In this document: positions 17,046-25,532 of the stretch, piece by piece
Numbering within the stretch: the first letter of the stretch is position 1
Layout: the number at the start of each line of letters is the position of its first letter
UHGV virus genome: UHGV-0208091
Strand: one strand, 5' to 3'
DNA length: 38,365 bases
DNA from: a virus
Made by a program: the position numbers and the translations under genes
Notes under the pieces: model-generated
The model's database searches: none
What the model was told of the DNA's origin: nothing
What the model saw: the letters and a program-made list of their open reading frames with translations, nothing else

Positions 17046-17318
17046 ATGAAAGAACGAAAACTCGTAATTGAAATTGATGACAACGCCATTGATTCAGTCA
17101 TCGAAAAGGTGCGCCTGCTCAAGGATGAACTGAGAAGCCTTAACCTGCCGATCAACATCTCTGTTGCAGTGCCGGCAGCATTAAAGCCGGAAGAGGAAAG
17201 GAACACGCAGGATGCCAGAAGCGTATTCCTTAGCAACCTTGATGCCGAAATTACTCAGGCTTGGTCATCATTGACAGAGCTTTTGAATATACGTCGCGAC
17301 GCGACCTCCTCCGACTAG
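17046..17318 (+). CDS. hypothetical protein (90 aa)
   Basis: GGAG RBS 8 nt upstream of ATG; divergent from 16629-16913; 3' end overlaps convergent gene 17251-17502 by 68 nt so one of the two may be spurious. Confidence 0.35.
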   Translation: MKERKLVIEIDDNAIDSVIEKVRLLKDELRSLNLPINISVAVPAALKPEEERNTQDARSVFLSNLDAEITQAWSSLTELLNIRRDATSSD

Positions 17319-17502
17319 CTGCTGCCGCTGTTTTTAGTTCATTCACGGATTTTGTGAATTTAGCCCTCACGTTACTGGCGCTATCTGTTGGCAACTCGCT
17401 GAAGAGGCAGGATACAGCGATAGATAAGATCTCGGTCTCACCTTTGAGTGACTCCAGCTCCTCGACGATTTTCTGTAAAAGTTTCTGATTATCAACGGAC
17501 AT
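17251..17502 (-). CDS. hypothetical protein (83 aa)
   Basis: AAGGAG RBS 8 nt upstream of ATG at 17502. Confidence 0.45.
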   Translation of the reverse strand: MSVDNQKLLQKIVEELESLKGETEILSIAVSCLFSELPTDSASNVRAKFTKSVNELKTAAAASRRRSRRDVYSKALSMMTKPE

Positions 17503-17628
17503 TAAAACGCTCCTTACTTTTTGTGTGAAAACTCAAAGATAAGCGAGCGTTACTTTTTGCAACATCCTGATATTCGATCAGTGCCGCCACCGTGCGGCAT
17601 TTTTATTACCAGAAGTAGGAGAAGAAGC

Positions 17629-17828
17629 ATGTTGACAGTAAAAGTGATGTCGCCTGGCGGCGGCGAAGAAATCCATAGCGGCCTGAGCGTTGGTTTCAAC
17701 CCCAATCAGCAGAGTATCTCAGTGTCTGGAATGGACCAGAACGTGTTCCTGAAGCAGGGGAGGTGGCCTATGTGATGAACGCAAACGGCAAGACCATTTC
17801 CCGTTACGAACACAGGGCCCAGCAGTAG
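17629..17828 (+). pseudogene. small gene apparently split by a -1 frameshift in a G4 run (48-aa ORF 17629-17775, continuing frame to 17828)
   Basis: AGGAG RBS before ATG 17629; adding one G in GGGG at about 17757 gives a single 64-aa ORF ending TAG 17826-17828. Confidence 0.3.
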
Positions 17829-17868
17829 GCATTACAGAAGCTCCTGAGCTAAGGGGCTTCGATAATGC
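17829..17868 (+). repeat. conserved-flank hairpin element copy A: GCATTA-CAG-[GAAGC..14 nt..GCTTC]-GA-TAATGC
   Basis: outer stem GCATTA/TAATGC, 2x2 internal loop, inner 5-bp stem; begins 1 nt after TAG. Confidence 0.6.
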
Positions 17869-17893
17869 TAAACCGAAGCATCTGCCTTAAGTG

Positions 17894-17933
17894 TTATAAA
17901 AAACCCCGTGGAGGAAATCCCAAAGCTACGGGG
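17894..17933 (-). terminator. minus-strand rho-independent terminator in a region with no minus-strand ORF
   Basis: minus-strand stem CCCCGUAG/CCACGGGG followed by UUUUUUAUAA. Confidence 0.5.
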
Positions 17934-18161
17934 TGCTGTACAGCCAGCCAATGACTGATTGTAGCCACGAAGTTGGTTTATTTTCTACTGGTTGAGAATA
18001 AAACTGAGAGCCAGGAAGGCTTGAGAGTGGCTCATCCATAAGCTCACGGGTAGAACGGCAGACTTTGTCATGGCAGAGCAAAGTCATAAGTTAGTTTAGG
18101 TAACATTTCGGATATAACAAGCGTAGCGGGGCATTCCTAATAATGGAGCACCGCAGCTAAA

Positions 18162-18201
18162 GCATTACAGGAGCCATTCTGCCGAGTGGCTTCGATAAGC
18201 T
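18162..18201 (+). repeat. hairpin element copy B (slightly degenerate outer stem): GCATTA-CAG-[GAGCC..12 nt..GGCTTC]-GA-TAAGCT
   Basis: shares GCATTACAG and GGCTTCGATAA with copy A; inner stem sequence differs but pairing preserved. Confidence 0.5.
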
Positions 18202-18225
18202 CCCCACATCGCACAGAGGTAAAAC

Positions 18226-18471
18226 ATGGCAGAGATCACACCGGCAGAACAGATTCGACTGAATCTGCTTTCCACCCTGAACTACGACACCGCGGCCGCT
18301 GCTAAGGCGATTGAGTTCGTCCAGGATAGCCAGCTCAAATATCAGCTGTTCATCCAGCAGTACAGTCGCGTGACAACTGAATCCGAAGTGGTGGCGCGGA
18401 CCATCAAAGCAGTTCAGGAGTCGACCGAGGCGCTGGCGCTGTTTGATACCATCGCAGAACAGGCGAGCTAA
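18226..18471 (+). CDS. hypothetical protein (81 aa) flanked by hairpin elements B and C
   Basis: GAGGT RBS; coding-like. Confidence 0.5.
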   Translation: MAEITPAEQIRLNLLSTLNYDTAAAAKAIEFVQDSQLKYQLFIQQYSRVTTESEVVARTIKAVQESTEALALFDTIAEQAS

Positions 18472-18472
18472 G

Positions 18473-18511
18473 GCATTACAGCAGGCACTCGCTGAGCGCC
18501 TGTGATAATGC
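18473..18511 (+). repeat. hairpin element copy C: GCATTA-CAG-[CAGGC..11 nt..GCCTG]-TGA-TAATGC
   Basis: perfect outer stem, fully substituted but complementary inner stem; begins 2 nt after TAA; ends just before AAGGAG RBS of HNH gene. Confidence 0.6.
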
Positions 18512-18526
18512 TCAAGGAGCGATTAC

Positions 18527-18868
18527 GTGAACAAAGAGCCCCGTATCTACGGCAGCAAGTGGGACCGAGAGCGTCTTATCTTCCTACGTGCGCACCCCTT
18601 GTGCGTCATGTGCCAGGAGCAAGGCAGGGTGACAGCGGCAACGGTGGTTGACCACATCATCCCGCACAAACTGAAAGAGGCTCTGCGCTCTGGTGACAGC
18701 CAGGAAATAGCGAAGGCGCAAAAGCTTTTCTGGAGCCGGAAGAACTGGCAAGGGCTGTGCAAGCAGCACCACGACTCAACGAAGCAGCGAATGGAGAAGC
18801 TTGGCACCGTCATCGGTTGTGATGAGAGCGGAATGCCCCTGGATCCTAACTCACATTGGTTTAAATGA
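18527..18868 (+). CDS. HNH endonuclease (terminase-associated, HK97-type packaging)
   Basis: 113 aa; CxxC...HH...C..HH HNH motifs; GTG start after AAGGAG; directly upstream of cos-like region and TerS. Confidence 0.8.
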   Translation: MNKEPRIYGSKWDRERLIFLRAHPLCVMCQEQGRVTAATVVDHIIPHKLKEALRSGDSQEIAKAQKLFWSRKNWQGLCKQHHDSTKQRMEKLGTVIGCDESGMPLDPNSHWFK

Positions 18869-19050
18869 TATTTAATCTCATTTTTTGCGGGGGAATGATT
18901 GCAAATGAAATCATTTTGAATCAAATGATATCAATTCTCATCTGAGGGGGAGGGGCGGGTCAAAAGTTCAGAACCTCGAACCCAAATGACCGCCGCCAGT
19001 CCTTTTTGTGCACAACCGCGAAATGAAAAGTTTTTTTCCGGGAGGTTCCG
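18864..19050. other. candidate cos/terminase-binding region
   Basis: two about 20-bp direct repeats AAATGATATYWAWTCTCAT (18864-18886, 18923-18945), palindrome AAATGAAATCATTT at 18905-18918, G-rich block GAGGGGGAGGGGCGGG; between HNH and TerS. Confidence 0.3.
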
Positions 19051-19515
19051 ATGGCAGGACGACGCCCGAAACCGACCCACCTCAAAGTGGTTACCGGCAA
19101 CCCGGGCAAACGCAAACTTAACGACAAAGAACCATCGCCAGCGCGAGAAATACCAAGCCCTCCAGAGCACCTCACTGACTGGGGAAAGGTGGCGTGGGGG
19201 AAACTGACCGTGCTGCTGGATGGCATGGGCATTTTAACCATTGCCGATACGCTGGCGCTCGAACGACTCTGCGATATTTACGCCGACATTCTGCAGCTTC
19301 GCCTGACTATTGCTGACGAGGGGCGAACTTACACCGTGAAGACAGAGGGCGGGTTTTTGATTAAGGCTAACCCGGCAGTAGCAATGTTGGCGGATGCAGA
19401 TCGACGTTTTAAAAGTTACCTGGTTGAATTCGGTCTGACTCCGGCCGCCAGAACGAAGGTGAAAGTGGATGGTGGAGAAAAAGAAGAAGACCCGCTCAAC
19501 CAGTTCTTCGGTTGA
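19051..19515 (+). CDS. terminase small subunit, P27 family
   Basis: 154 aa; MAGRRPKPTHLKVVTGNPGKR N-terminus characteristic of P27-family TerS. Confidence 0.8.
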   Translation: MAGRRPKPTHLKVVTGNPGKRKLNDKEPSPAREIPSPPEHLTDWGKVAWGKLTVLLDGMGILTIADTLALERLCDIYADILQLRLTIADEGRTYTVKTEGGFLIKANPAVAMLADADRRFKSYLVEFGLTPAARTKVKVDGGEKEEDPLNQFFG

Positions 19516-21211
19516 TCCCGCCACGCAATATGCGCGGGATGTAGACTCCGGCAAAGAAATCGCCGGTCCTGATATTAGAAACTCCTGTAAACGACATCTC
19601 AGGGATTTGGAGTCCTGTCATGCTCGCGGGTTGGTATGGGATGTTGCAGCGGCGCAGCGTGCCATCGACTTTTTTGCAAAAGTACTGAAGCTCAACGGTG
19701 GTGAGCATGAGGGAAAACCCTTCAACCTGCTACCGTGGCAGTGCTTTATTGTAGGGTCGATATTCGGCTGGAAGAACTCGGATGGTTATCGTAGATTTCG
19801 CATGGTGTACGTTGAATCTGGTAAGGGTTCCGGCAAATCACCACTGGCTGGCGGAGTGGGGCTTTACTGTCTAACAGCAGATAAGGAGCCTCGTGCCGAG
19901 ATATATGCAGCAGCAACGAAAAAAGACCAGGCCATGATCCTTTTTCGTGATGCTGTCGCGATGGTGGAGCAGTCCCCTGCGTTAGCACAGCGAATAAATA
20001 AATCAGGCGGTGCCGGGAAAGAGTGGAACCTTGCGTTTCTTCAGACAGGCTCATTTTTCCGGCCTATCAGTTCGGATGATGGGCAGTCAGGGCCACGCCC
20101 ACACTGTGCACTGATTGACGAAATTCACGAGCACAAAAACAACCAGGTTGTGGAAATGATGCGCGCCGGGACGAAAGGTCGTCGCCAGGCGTTGATTTTC
20201 ATGATCACTAACAGCGGCCACGACAAAACCAGCGTCTGCTACGACTATCACGAGTATGGGCGTAAAGTTGCCGAAGGCTCGATTGAGGATGACAGTTTCT
20301 TTTCTTTCATTTGCTCCCTGGACGAAGGAGAAGACCCATTCAAGGACGAGTCCTGCTGGAAAAAAGCAAACCCCTCTCTTGGTCATACTTTTACCGATCG
20401 CTACCTGCGTGAGCAGGTTACTCAGGCTCGGGGGATGCCGTCGAAGGAAAGCATTGTTCGGCGGTTAAACTTCTGTCAGTGGGTGGATGCCGATAACCCA
20501 TGGATGAGTAGCGATGTGTGGATGGGGTGCGAAGAGGACTTTGACCTGCAGGAGCTGCAGGGAGAAGAATGTTATGGCGGCCTGGACCTTTCAGGAACTC
20601 GCGACCTTACGTCTCTGGCGCTCTTTTTCCCTAAAAAAAGAAAGCTGCTGGTGGAGTTCTGGACACCAAAAGATACTTTGCTGGATAGAGCGAAAACAGA
20701 CCGCGTACCTTACGACGCATGGGAACGGGGAGGCTATATTCATACCACTCCCGGAAAGGCGGTGAAATATGGCTTTGTTGCTGAGCGCATTGCTGATCTT
20801 TCCATGTTGTTCGATATCAAGGCGATCGCCTTCGACCAGTACCGCATAAAATATCTTGAGCCGGAATTAGAGAGCGCTTCTGTATCAGTACCGCTGATAC
20901 CTCACGGGCAGGGATACTACAAGGCGCAGGATTCCGGACTGTGGATGCCTCATTCCATCGAACTTTTTGAACAGATGCTCGATGATGGCGTAATCATTAT
21001 TAAAACAAACCCCTGCCTCCGATGGAACGCTGCTTCCGCCGTAACCGAAGCCGACCAAAAAGAAAACCGCATATTCGCCAAGAAAAAGAGTACTGGTCGA
21101 ATAGATGGTGTGGTTGCGTCGGCGATGGCAATTGGTGCTGCAGAAGGTTATGAGCCTGATGATGGCGATATAGAGGGCTTTTTTGACGATCCGATCATAG
21201 TGGGTATCTGA
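19469..21211 (+). CDS. terminase large subunit
   Basis: 580 aa; ATPase and nuclease domains; overlaps TerS end; followed by portal. Confidence 0.85.
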   Translation: MVEKKKKTRSTSSSVDPATQYARDVDSGKEIAGPDIRNSCKRHLRDLESCHARGLVWDVAAAQRAIDFFAKVLKLNGGEHEGKPFNLLPWQCFIVGSIFGWKNSDGYRRFRMVYVESGKGSGKSPLAGGVGLYCLTADKEPRAEIYAAATKKDQAMILFRDAVAMVEQSPALAQRINKSGGAGKEWNLAFLQTGSFFRPISSDDGQSGPRPHCALIDEIHEHKNNQVVEMMRAGTKGRRQALIFMITNSGHDKTSVCYDYHEYGRKVAEGSIEDDSFFSFICSLDEGEDPFKDESCWKKANPSLGHTFTDRYLREQVTQARGMPSKESIVRRLNFCQWVDADNPWMSSDVWMGCEEDFDLQELQGEECYGGLDLSGTRDLTSLALFFPKKRKLLVEFWTPKDTLLDRAKTDRVPYDAWERGGYIHTTPGKAVKYGFVAERIADLSMLFDIKAIAFDQYRIKYLEPELESASVSVPLIPHGQGYYKAQDSGLWMPHSIELFEQMLDDGVIIIKTNPCLRWNAASAVTEADQKENRIFAKKKSTGRIDGVVASAMAIGAAEGYEPDDGDIEGFFDDPIIVGI

Positions 21212-22518
21212 TGGCTAAGAATAAACAGCAACCAGGGCGCGTTAAGAGCGCTCTTTTAAACTGGCTTGGTGTTCCCATAAGCCTGACGACCGGTGAATTC
21301 TGGCGGGAGTGGTACGGAACCAGCAGTAGCGGAAAAGTGGTTACCGCTGACAAAGTTATCCGGCTTTCTGCTGTCTGGGCGTGCGTAAGACTCTTAAGTG
21401 AGTCAGTTTCCACGCTTCCGCTTAAAATTTACGAGCGGCAGGCTGATGGATCGCGAAAGCTGGCCCAGAACAATCCCGCCTACCAGATATTATGCAGGCG
21501 TCCTAACCCGGAAATGACCCCTTCCCGTTTCATGTTGATGATTGTGGCCAGTATTTGCCTGCGTGGTAATGCATTTGTCGAGAAGCTATATATCGGCAGC
21601 AAATTGGTTTCGCTGGTGCCGTTACTTCCGCAGAAAATGGTTGTAAAGCGACTCGATAGCGGGAAGTTACAGTATACATACACGGAAAATAGCGTTAAGC
21701 GGATCATTCCAGTAGACCGGATGATGCATATCCGCGGATTTGGTCTTGATGGTGTGTGCGGGATGATGCCGACAATGGCCGGGGTTGACGTTTTCGGCGC
21801 TGCTATGTCGGTTGATGAAGCCGCGGCAAAAATCTTCGAAAATGGCCTGCAAAGTACCGGTTTCCTGTCGTCAAAAACGGCGCTTAATAAGGAACAGCGA
21901 GAAAGATTGCGTCAAAACCTTCAGTCTTTTATTGGTTCTAAAAACGCCGGGAAACTGATGGTTCTGGAAAATGAACTGACTTACCAGAATGTCACTATGA
22001 ACCCGGAGGCCGCGCAACTCCTTGAAAGCCGTTCATTCAGTATTGAGGAAATTTGTCGCTGGTTTCGCGTACCGCCATTTATGGTCGGCCATACGACAAA
22101 ACAATCCAGCTGGGCTTCGAGTCTTGAAGGGATGAACATGCTGTTCCTGACTCATACCCTGCGTCCTCTCCTGGTCAATATTGAGCAGGAAATATCGCGT
22201 TGTCTTCTGAACAGTGATGAGGACTTGTTTGCTGAGTTCTCCGTTGAAGGGCTTCTGCGCGCCGATAGCGCTGGTCGTGCTGCTTACTATACCAGCGCAC
22301 TGCAGAATGGCTGGATGTCTCGCAATGACGTTCGCCGTCTTGAGAACATGCCGCCGATAGAAGGGGGCGATATTTACACCGTTCAGCTCAACCTGACGCA
22401 ACTGAAAAATCTCGAAAGCAGCAACCCTGCCGTTCAGGCGCTGGCTTTGCGAGAGCTGCATAACCATGTATTCCCCGACATTTCCTTTGAACAATCTCCG
22501 CTGAAACAGGCCGCTTAG
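21211..22518 (+). CDS. portal protein, HK97 family
   Basis: 435 aa; canonical position and conserved portal core. Confidence 0.85.
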   Translation: MAKNKQQPGRVKSALLNWLGVPISLTTGEFWREWYGTSSSGKVVTADKVIRLSAVWACVRLLSESVSTLPLKIYERQADGSRKLAQNNPAYQILCRRPNPEMTPSRFMLMIVASICLRGNAFVEKLYIGSKLVSLVPLLPQKMVVKRLDSGKLQYTYTENSVKRIIPVDRMMHIRGFGLDGVCGMMPTMAGVDVFGAAMSVDEAAAKIFENGLQSTGFLSSKTALNKEQRERLRQNLQSFIGSKNAGKLMVLENELTYQNVTMNPEAAQLLESRSFSIEEICRWFRVPPFMVGHTTKQSSWASSLEGMNMLFLTHTLRPLLVNIEQEISRCLLNSDEDLFAEFSVEGLLRADSAGRAAYYTSALQNGWMSRNDVRRLENMPPIEGGDIYTVQLNLTQLKNLESSNPAVQALALRELHNHVFPDISFEQSPLKQAA

Positions 22519-22531
22519 GAGCACTTTCCTG

Positions 22532-23380
22532 ATGAGCAAAAAACAACTTCCGGTGGCGCCGGCGGGTCGCCCCTGCGCGCGCGTTACCTGTGAAACATTA
22601 CCGTCCGCACTGGACCGCTGGGACGGTGGGATCAAGGCGGCGACTACTGACGATAACACTATTTCTGTTTTTGATGTTATAGGGCAGGACTACTGGGGTG
22701 AAGGGATAACAGCTAAACGTATTGCCGGTGCGCTTCGGGCGATGAACGGCGCAGATGTTACGGTGAATATCAACTCGCCGGGTGGCGACATGTTCGAAGG
22801 TCTGGCTATTTATAACCTTCTCCGCGAATACGAAGGCCATGTAACGGTGAAGGTGCTGGGCATTGCCGCCAGTGCCGCCTCAATAATTGCAATGGCCGGG
22901 GATGATATTCAGATTGGCCGCGGTGCCTTTCTGATGATCCATAACTGCTGGTTGTACGCGATGGGAAACCGCCATGACTTCGCTGAACTGGCGCAGTCAC
23001 TGGAGCCATTCGATACCGCAATGGCTGATATTTACGCGGCGCGATCCGGCCTTGATATTGCCGCCGTTCAGAAACTAATGGACGCCGAAAGTTATATCGG
23101 TGGCAGCGATGCTGTGGCGAAGGGACTGGCAGACAGCCTGCTTTCTGCTGATGCGGTCAGCGACGGCGACGAATCACCTGCAGCTGCGCTTCGCAAACTT
23201 GATGCACTGCTGGCGAAAACAAATACCCCCCGGTCCGAGCGCCGGAAATTAATCAAAGCATTAACAGGTAACACGCCGGGCGCTGTTACCGATCCCGATG
23301 GTAAGCCGGGCGCTGCCGAAGATATCAAACCTGAAACCCTCAATTCACTTGAAAGCGCTCTTGCGGCGTTAGTCAAATAA
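22532..23380 (+). CDS. prohead protease, ClpP-like (S14) serine protease
   Basis: 282 aa; INSPGGDMFEG...AASAASIIAMAG ClpP fold motifs. Confidence 0.85.
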   Translation: MSKKQLPVAPAGRPCARVTCETLPSALDRWDGGIKAATTDDNTISVFDVIGQDYWGEGITAKRIAGALRAMNGADVTVNINSPGGDMFEGLAIYNLLREYEGHVTVKVLGIAASAASIIAMAGDDIQIGRGAFLMIHNCWLYAMGNRHDFAELAQSLEPFDTAMADIYAARSGLDIAAVQKLMDAESYIGGSDAVAKGLADSLLSADAVSDGDESPAAALRKLDALLAKTNTPRSERRKLIKALTGNTPGAVTDPDGKPGAAEDIKPETLNSLESALAALVK

Positions 23381-23389
23381 GGACCATGT

Positions 23390-24607
23390 ATGTCTGATGT
23401 AAACGAGATTCTGAAAAAAGTCACCGCTTCCATTGAAGAAGCAACCGGCAAATTTAACGCCAAAGCGGAAGAAGCGCTGACTGAAGCGAAAAAGAACGGC
23501 AAATTGTCGGCGGAAACCAAAGAAACCGTGGACAAAATGGCGACTGAGTTTAATGCGCTGAAAGAAGCCGAAAAGACTCTTAAAGCAGCGCTGGGCGAAC
23601 TGGAGCAGCATGTTGCACAGATGCCGCTGGCAAACGCAAAACAGGTTATTGAAACTGTCGGCCAGCAGGTTATCTCTGCTGAAGCCATTAAAGTTCTGTC
23701 GTCCAGCATCGAAGGGAACAAGCGTATTTCTGTTCCTGTAAAAGCTGCTCTGATTTCCAGTGACGTTCCTGAGGGGGTTGTTGAACCACAACGACTGCCG
23801 GGTATTGATGTAGCGCCAAAGCAGCGGTTATTTATTCGCGATCTTATCGCGCCAGGCCGTACGGGTTCACCGGCCATTTTCTGGGTGCAGCAGACCGGCT
23901 TTACCAATGCTGCGGCAGCGGTACCGGAGAACACAACCAAGCCGTACAGCAATATTGAGTTCACGCCGAAAATCACTCCTGTGACAACCATCGCGCACAT
24001 GTTCAAGGCATCCAAGCAGATTCTGGACGACTTCGCCCAGTTGCAGTCCATGATTGATGCGGAAATGCGTTACGGCCTTAAGTACGTCGAAGAACAGGAG
24101 ATTCTGTTTGGTGATGGCACTGGCGCTCACCTCCATGGCATTGTGCCGCAGGCCACGGCTTACAGCGCGGCATTTGCCGTTGAACAGCAGAACGGTATTG
24201 ACGATCTGCGCCTGGCAATGCTTCAGGCTCAACTTGCCCGATTCCCTGCATCCGGTCACGTCCTGCACTTCATGGACTGGGCGAAAATCGAACTGACTAA
24301 AGACACCCTGGGGCGCTATATCCTGGCGAACCCGGCTGCGTTGACGGGGCCGACGCTGTGGGGGCTTCCGGTTGTCGCCACTGAAGCAGCAGCTTTCCAG
24401 GGCAAGTTCCTGACAGGTGCATTTAATGCTGCAGCCCAGCTTTTCGACCGCGAAGATGCAAACGTTGTGATCTCGACGGAAAACAGCGACGACTTCGAGA
24501 AAAACATGATCTCTATTCGCTGTGAAGAGCGTCTGGCGTTAGCAGTAAAACGCCCTGAAGCATTTATTTATGGCTCCTTTACTGTACCGGCTTCCGGCGG
24601 CCAGTAA
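23390..24607 (+). CDS. major capsid protein, HK97 fold, with N-terminal coiled-coil delta (scaffold) domain
   Basis: 405 aa; K/E/A-rich N-terminal 100 aa then capsid core; follows protease. Confidence 0.85.
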   Translation: MSDVNEILKKVTASIEEATGKFNAKAEEALTEAKKNGKLSAETKETVDKMATEFNALKEAEKTLKAALGELEQHVAQMPLANAKQVIETVGQQVISAEAIKVLSSSIEGNKRISVPVKAALISSDVPEGVVEPQRLPGIDVAPKQRLFIRDLIAPGRTGSPAIFWVQQTGFTNAAAAVPENTTKPYSNIEFTPKITPVTTIAHMFKASKQILDDFAQLQSMIDAEMRYGLKYVEEQEILFGDGTGAHLHGIVPQATAYSAAFAVEQQNGIDDLRLAMLQAQLARFPASGHVLHFMDWAKIELTKDTLGRYILANPAALTGPTLWGLPVVATEAAAFQGKFLTGAFNAAAQLFDREDANVVISTENSDDFEKNMISIRCEERLALAVKRPEAFIYGSFTVPASGGQ

Positions 24608-24615
24608 TTTTTCTG

Positions 24616-24631
24616 GCGGCCTCCGGGCCGC
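24616..24631 (+). terminator. stem-loop after major capsid gene (partial terminator-like)
   Basis: GCGGCC-TCCG-GGCCGC followed by TATATT. Confidence 0.35.
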
Positions 24632-24649
24632 TATATTCGGAGTAACACG

Positions 24650-24856
24650 ATGAAACTTATCGCGGTGAAACCAATTTATTTTGGTGGGGTAGTGGTGACG
24701 GAAGGCGAGTCACTTGAGACGCTGGAACAGCATGGCCGTGAGTTGGTTCAAAAAGGTTATGCACGGCTGGTAGATGTTGATAATTCTGCGCAGCCGGAAC
24801 AGCCGGAACAGCCGGAACAGCCGGAAACTGTGCCAGAGAAGAAGGCTAAAAAATAA
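24650..24856 (+). CDS. hypothetical head-associated protein (68 aa) with PEQPEQPEQPE C-terminal repeat
   Basis: ORF between capsid and connector genes. Confidence 0.5.
   Translation: MKLIAVKPIYFGGVVVTEGESLETLEQHGRELVQKGYARLVDVDNSAQPEQPEQPEQPETVPEKKAKK
24791..24826. repeat. tandem repeat (CAGCCGGAA)x4
   Basis: four exact 9-bp units inside ORF 24650-24856. Confidence 0.9.
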
Positions 24857-25182
24857 TGTTAGAACTTGAAGTGGTTAAAAAGCACTGTCGCATTGAGCCT
24901 GACTTTACCGATGACGACTCACTATTGACCCTCTACATCGGAGCTGCTTCTCGTTATGTCGAAACATGGACTCGTCGCAAAATGTATGAGTCCGAAACCA
25001 GCGAGGGGTATGCAGATGATCCTGATTCAATTCTCCCTGGCGATGATGTGAAAGCAGCGATGCTTCTGCTTATCGGTCACTGGTACGAAAACCGTGAAAC
25101 GGTCTCTGTTGGTCAGGCTGCTACAGATATTCCGTTTACTGTCGAGGCACTTCTCCAGCCTTACAAAATCTATGGCATTTAA
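24856..25182 (+). CDS. head-tail connector protein (gp6-like)
   Basis: 108 aa; LLLIGHWYENRE motif typical of Phage_connect_1. Confidence 0.7.
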   Translation: MLELEVVKKHCRIEPDFTDDDSLLTLYIGAASRYVETWTRRKMYESETSEGYADDPDSILPGDDVKAAMLLLIGHWYENRETVSVGQAATDIPFTVEALLQPYKIYGI

Positions 25183-25193
25183 TCGGGGGAATT

Positions 25194-25532
25194 ATGCAGG
25201 CAGGACGATTACGGCACCGGATCACCATCCAAAATTTCACCACCACCAGAACGCCTTCAGGTCAGCCGGTTGAAAAATGGGAAGATGGGAAAACCATCTG
25301 GGCCGAGGTTAAGGGGATAAGCGGTCGTGAACTTTTAGCCGCTGGCGCTGAGCGTGCCGATGCCACCATTCGCGTTTGGGTGCGTTTTCGTACAGATATC
25401 TCAGCTTCTTCCCGCCTGAAAGTACGTACCGGCCCGTTTAAAGGTGCCGTTCTTAACGTTACCGGGCCTCCGGTTCCGGATATCAAAGGCACCCGGCTGG
25501 AAATTCTCTGCAAACAGGGGACCGAAAAATGA
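25194..25532 (+). CDS. head closure / head-tail joining protein
   Basis: 112 aa; RHRITIQ N-terminal motif typical of head-tail joining family. Confidence 0.7.
   Translation: MQAGRLRHRITIQNFTTTRTPSGQPVEKWEDGKTIWAEVKGISGRELLAAGAERADATIRVWVRFRTDISASSRLKVRTGPFKGAVLNVTGPPVPDIKGTRLEILCKQGTEK

Noticed and set aside
17829-18511. Possibility that the repeated hairpins are a CRISPR array
   Set aside because: Only three copies, irregular spacing (about 330 and 310 bp), internal hairpin with variable stem, no cas genes.
22033-22659. 208-aa minus-strand ORF
   Set aside because: Antisense across portal/protease junction. No supporting signals.
23092-24051. 319-aa Ser/Ala-rich minus-strand ORF (and 23369-23791)
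   Set aside because: Antisense to protease and capsid genes. Low-complexity composition typical of GC-rich shadow frames.
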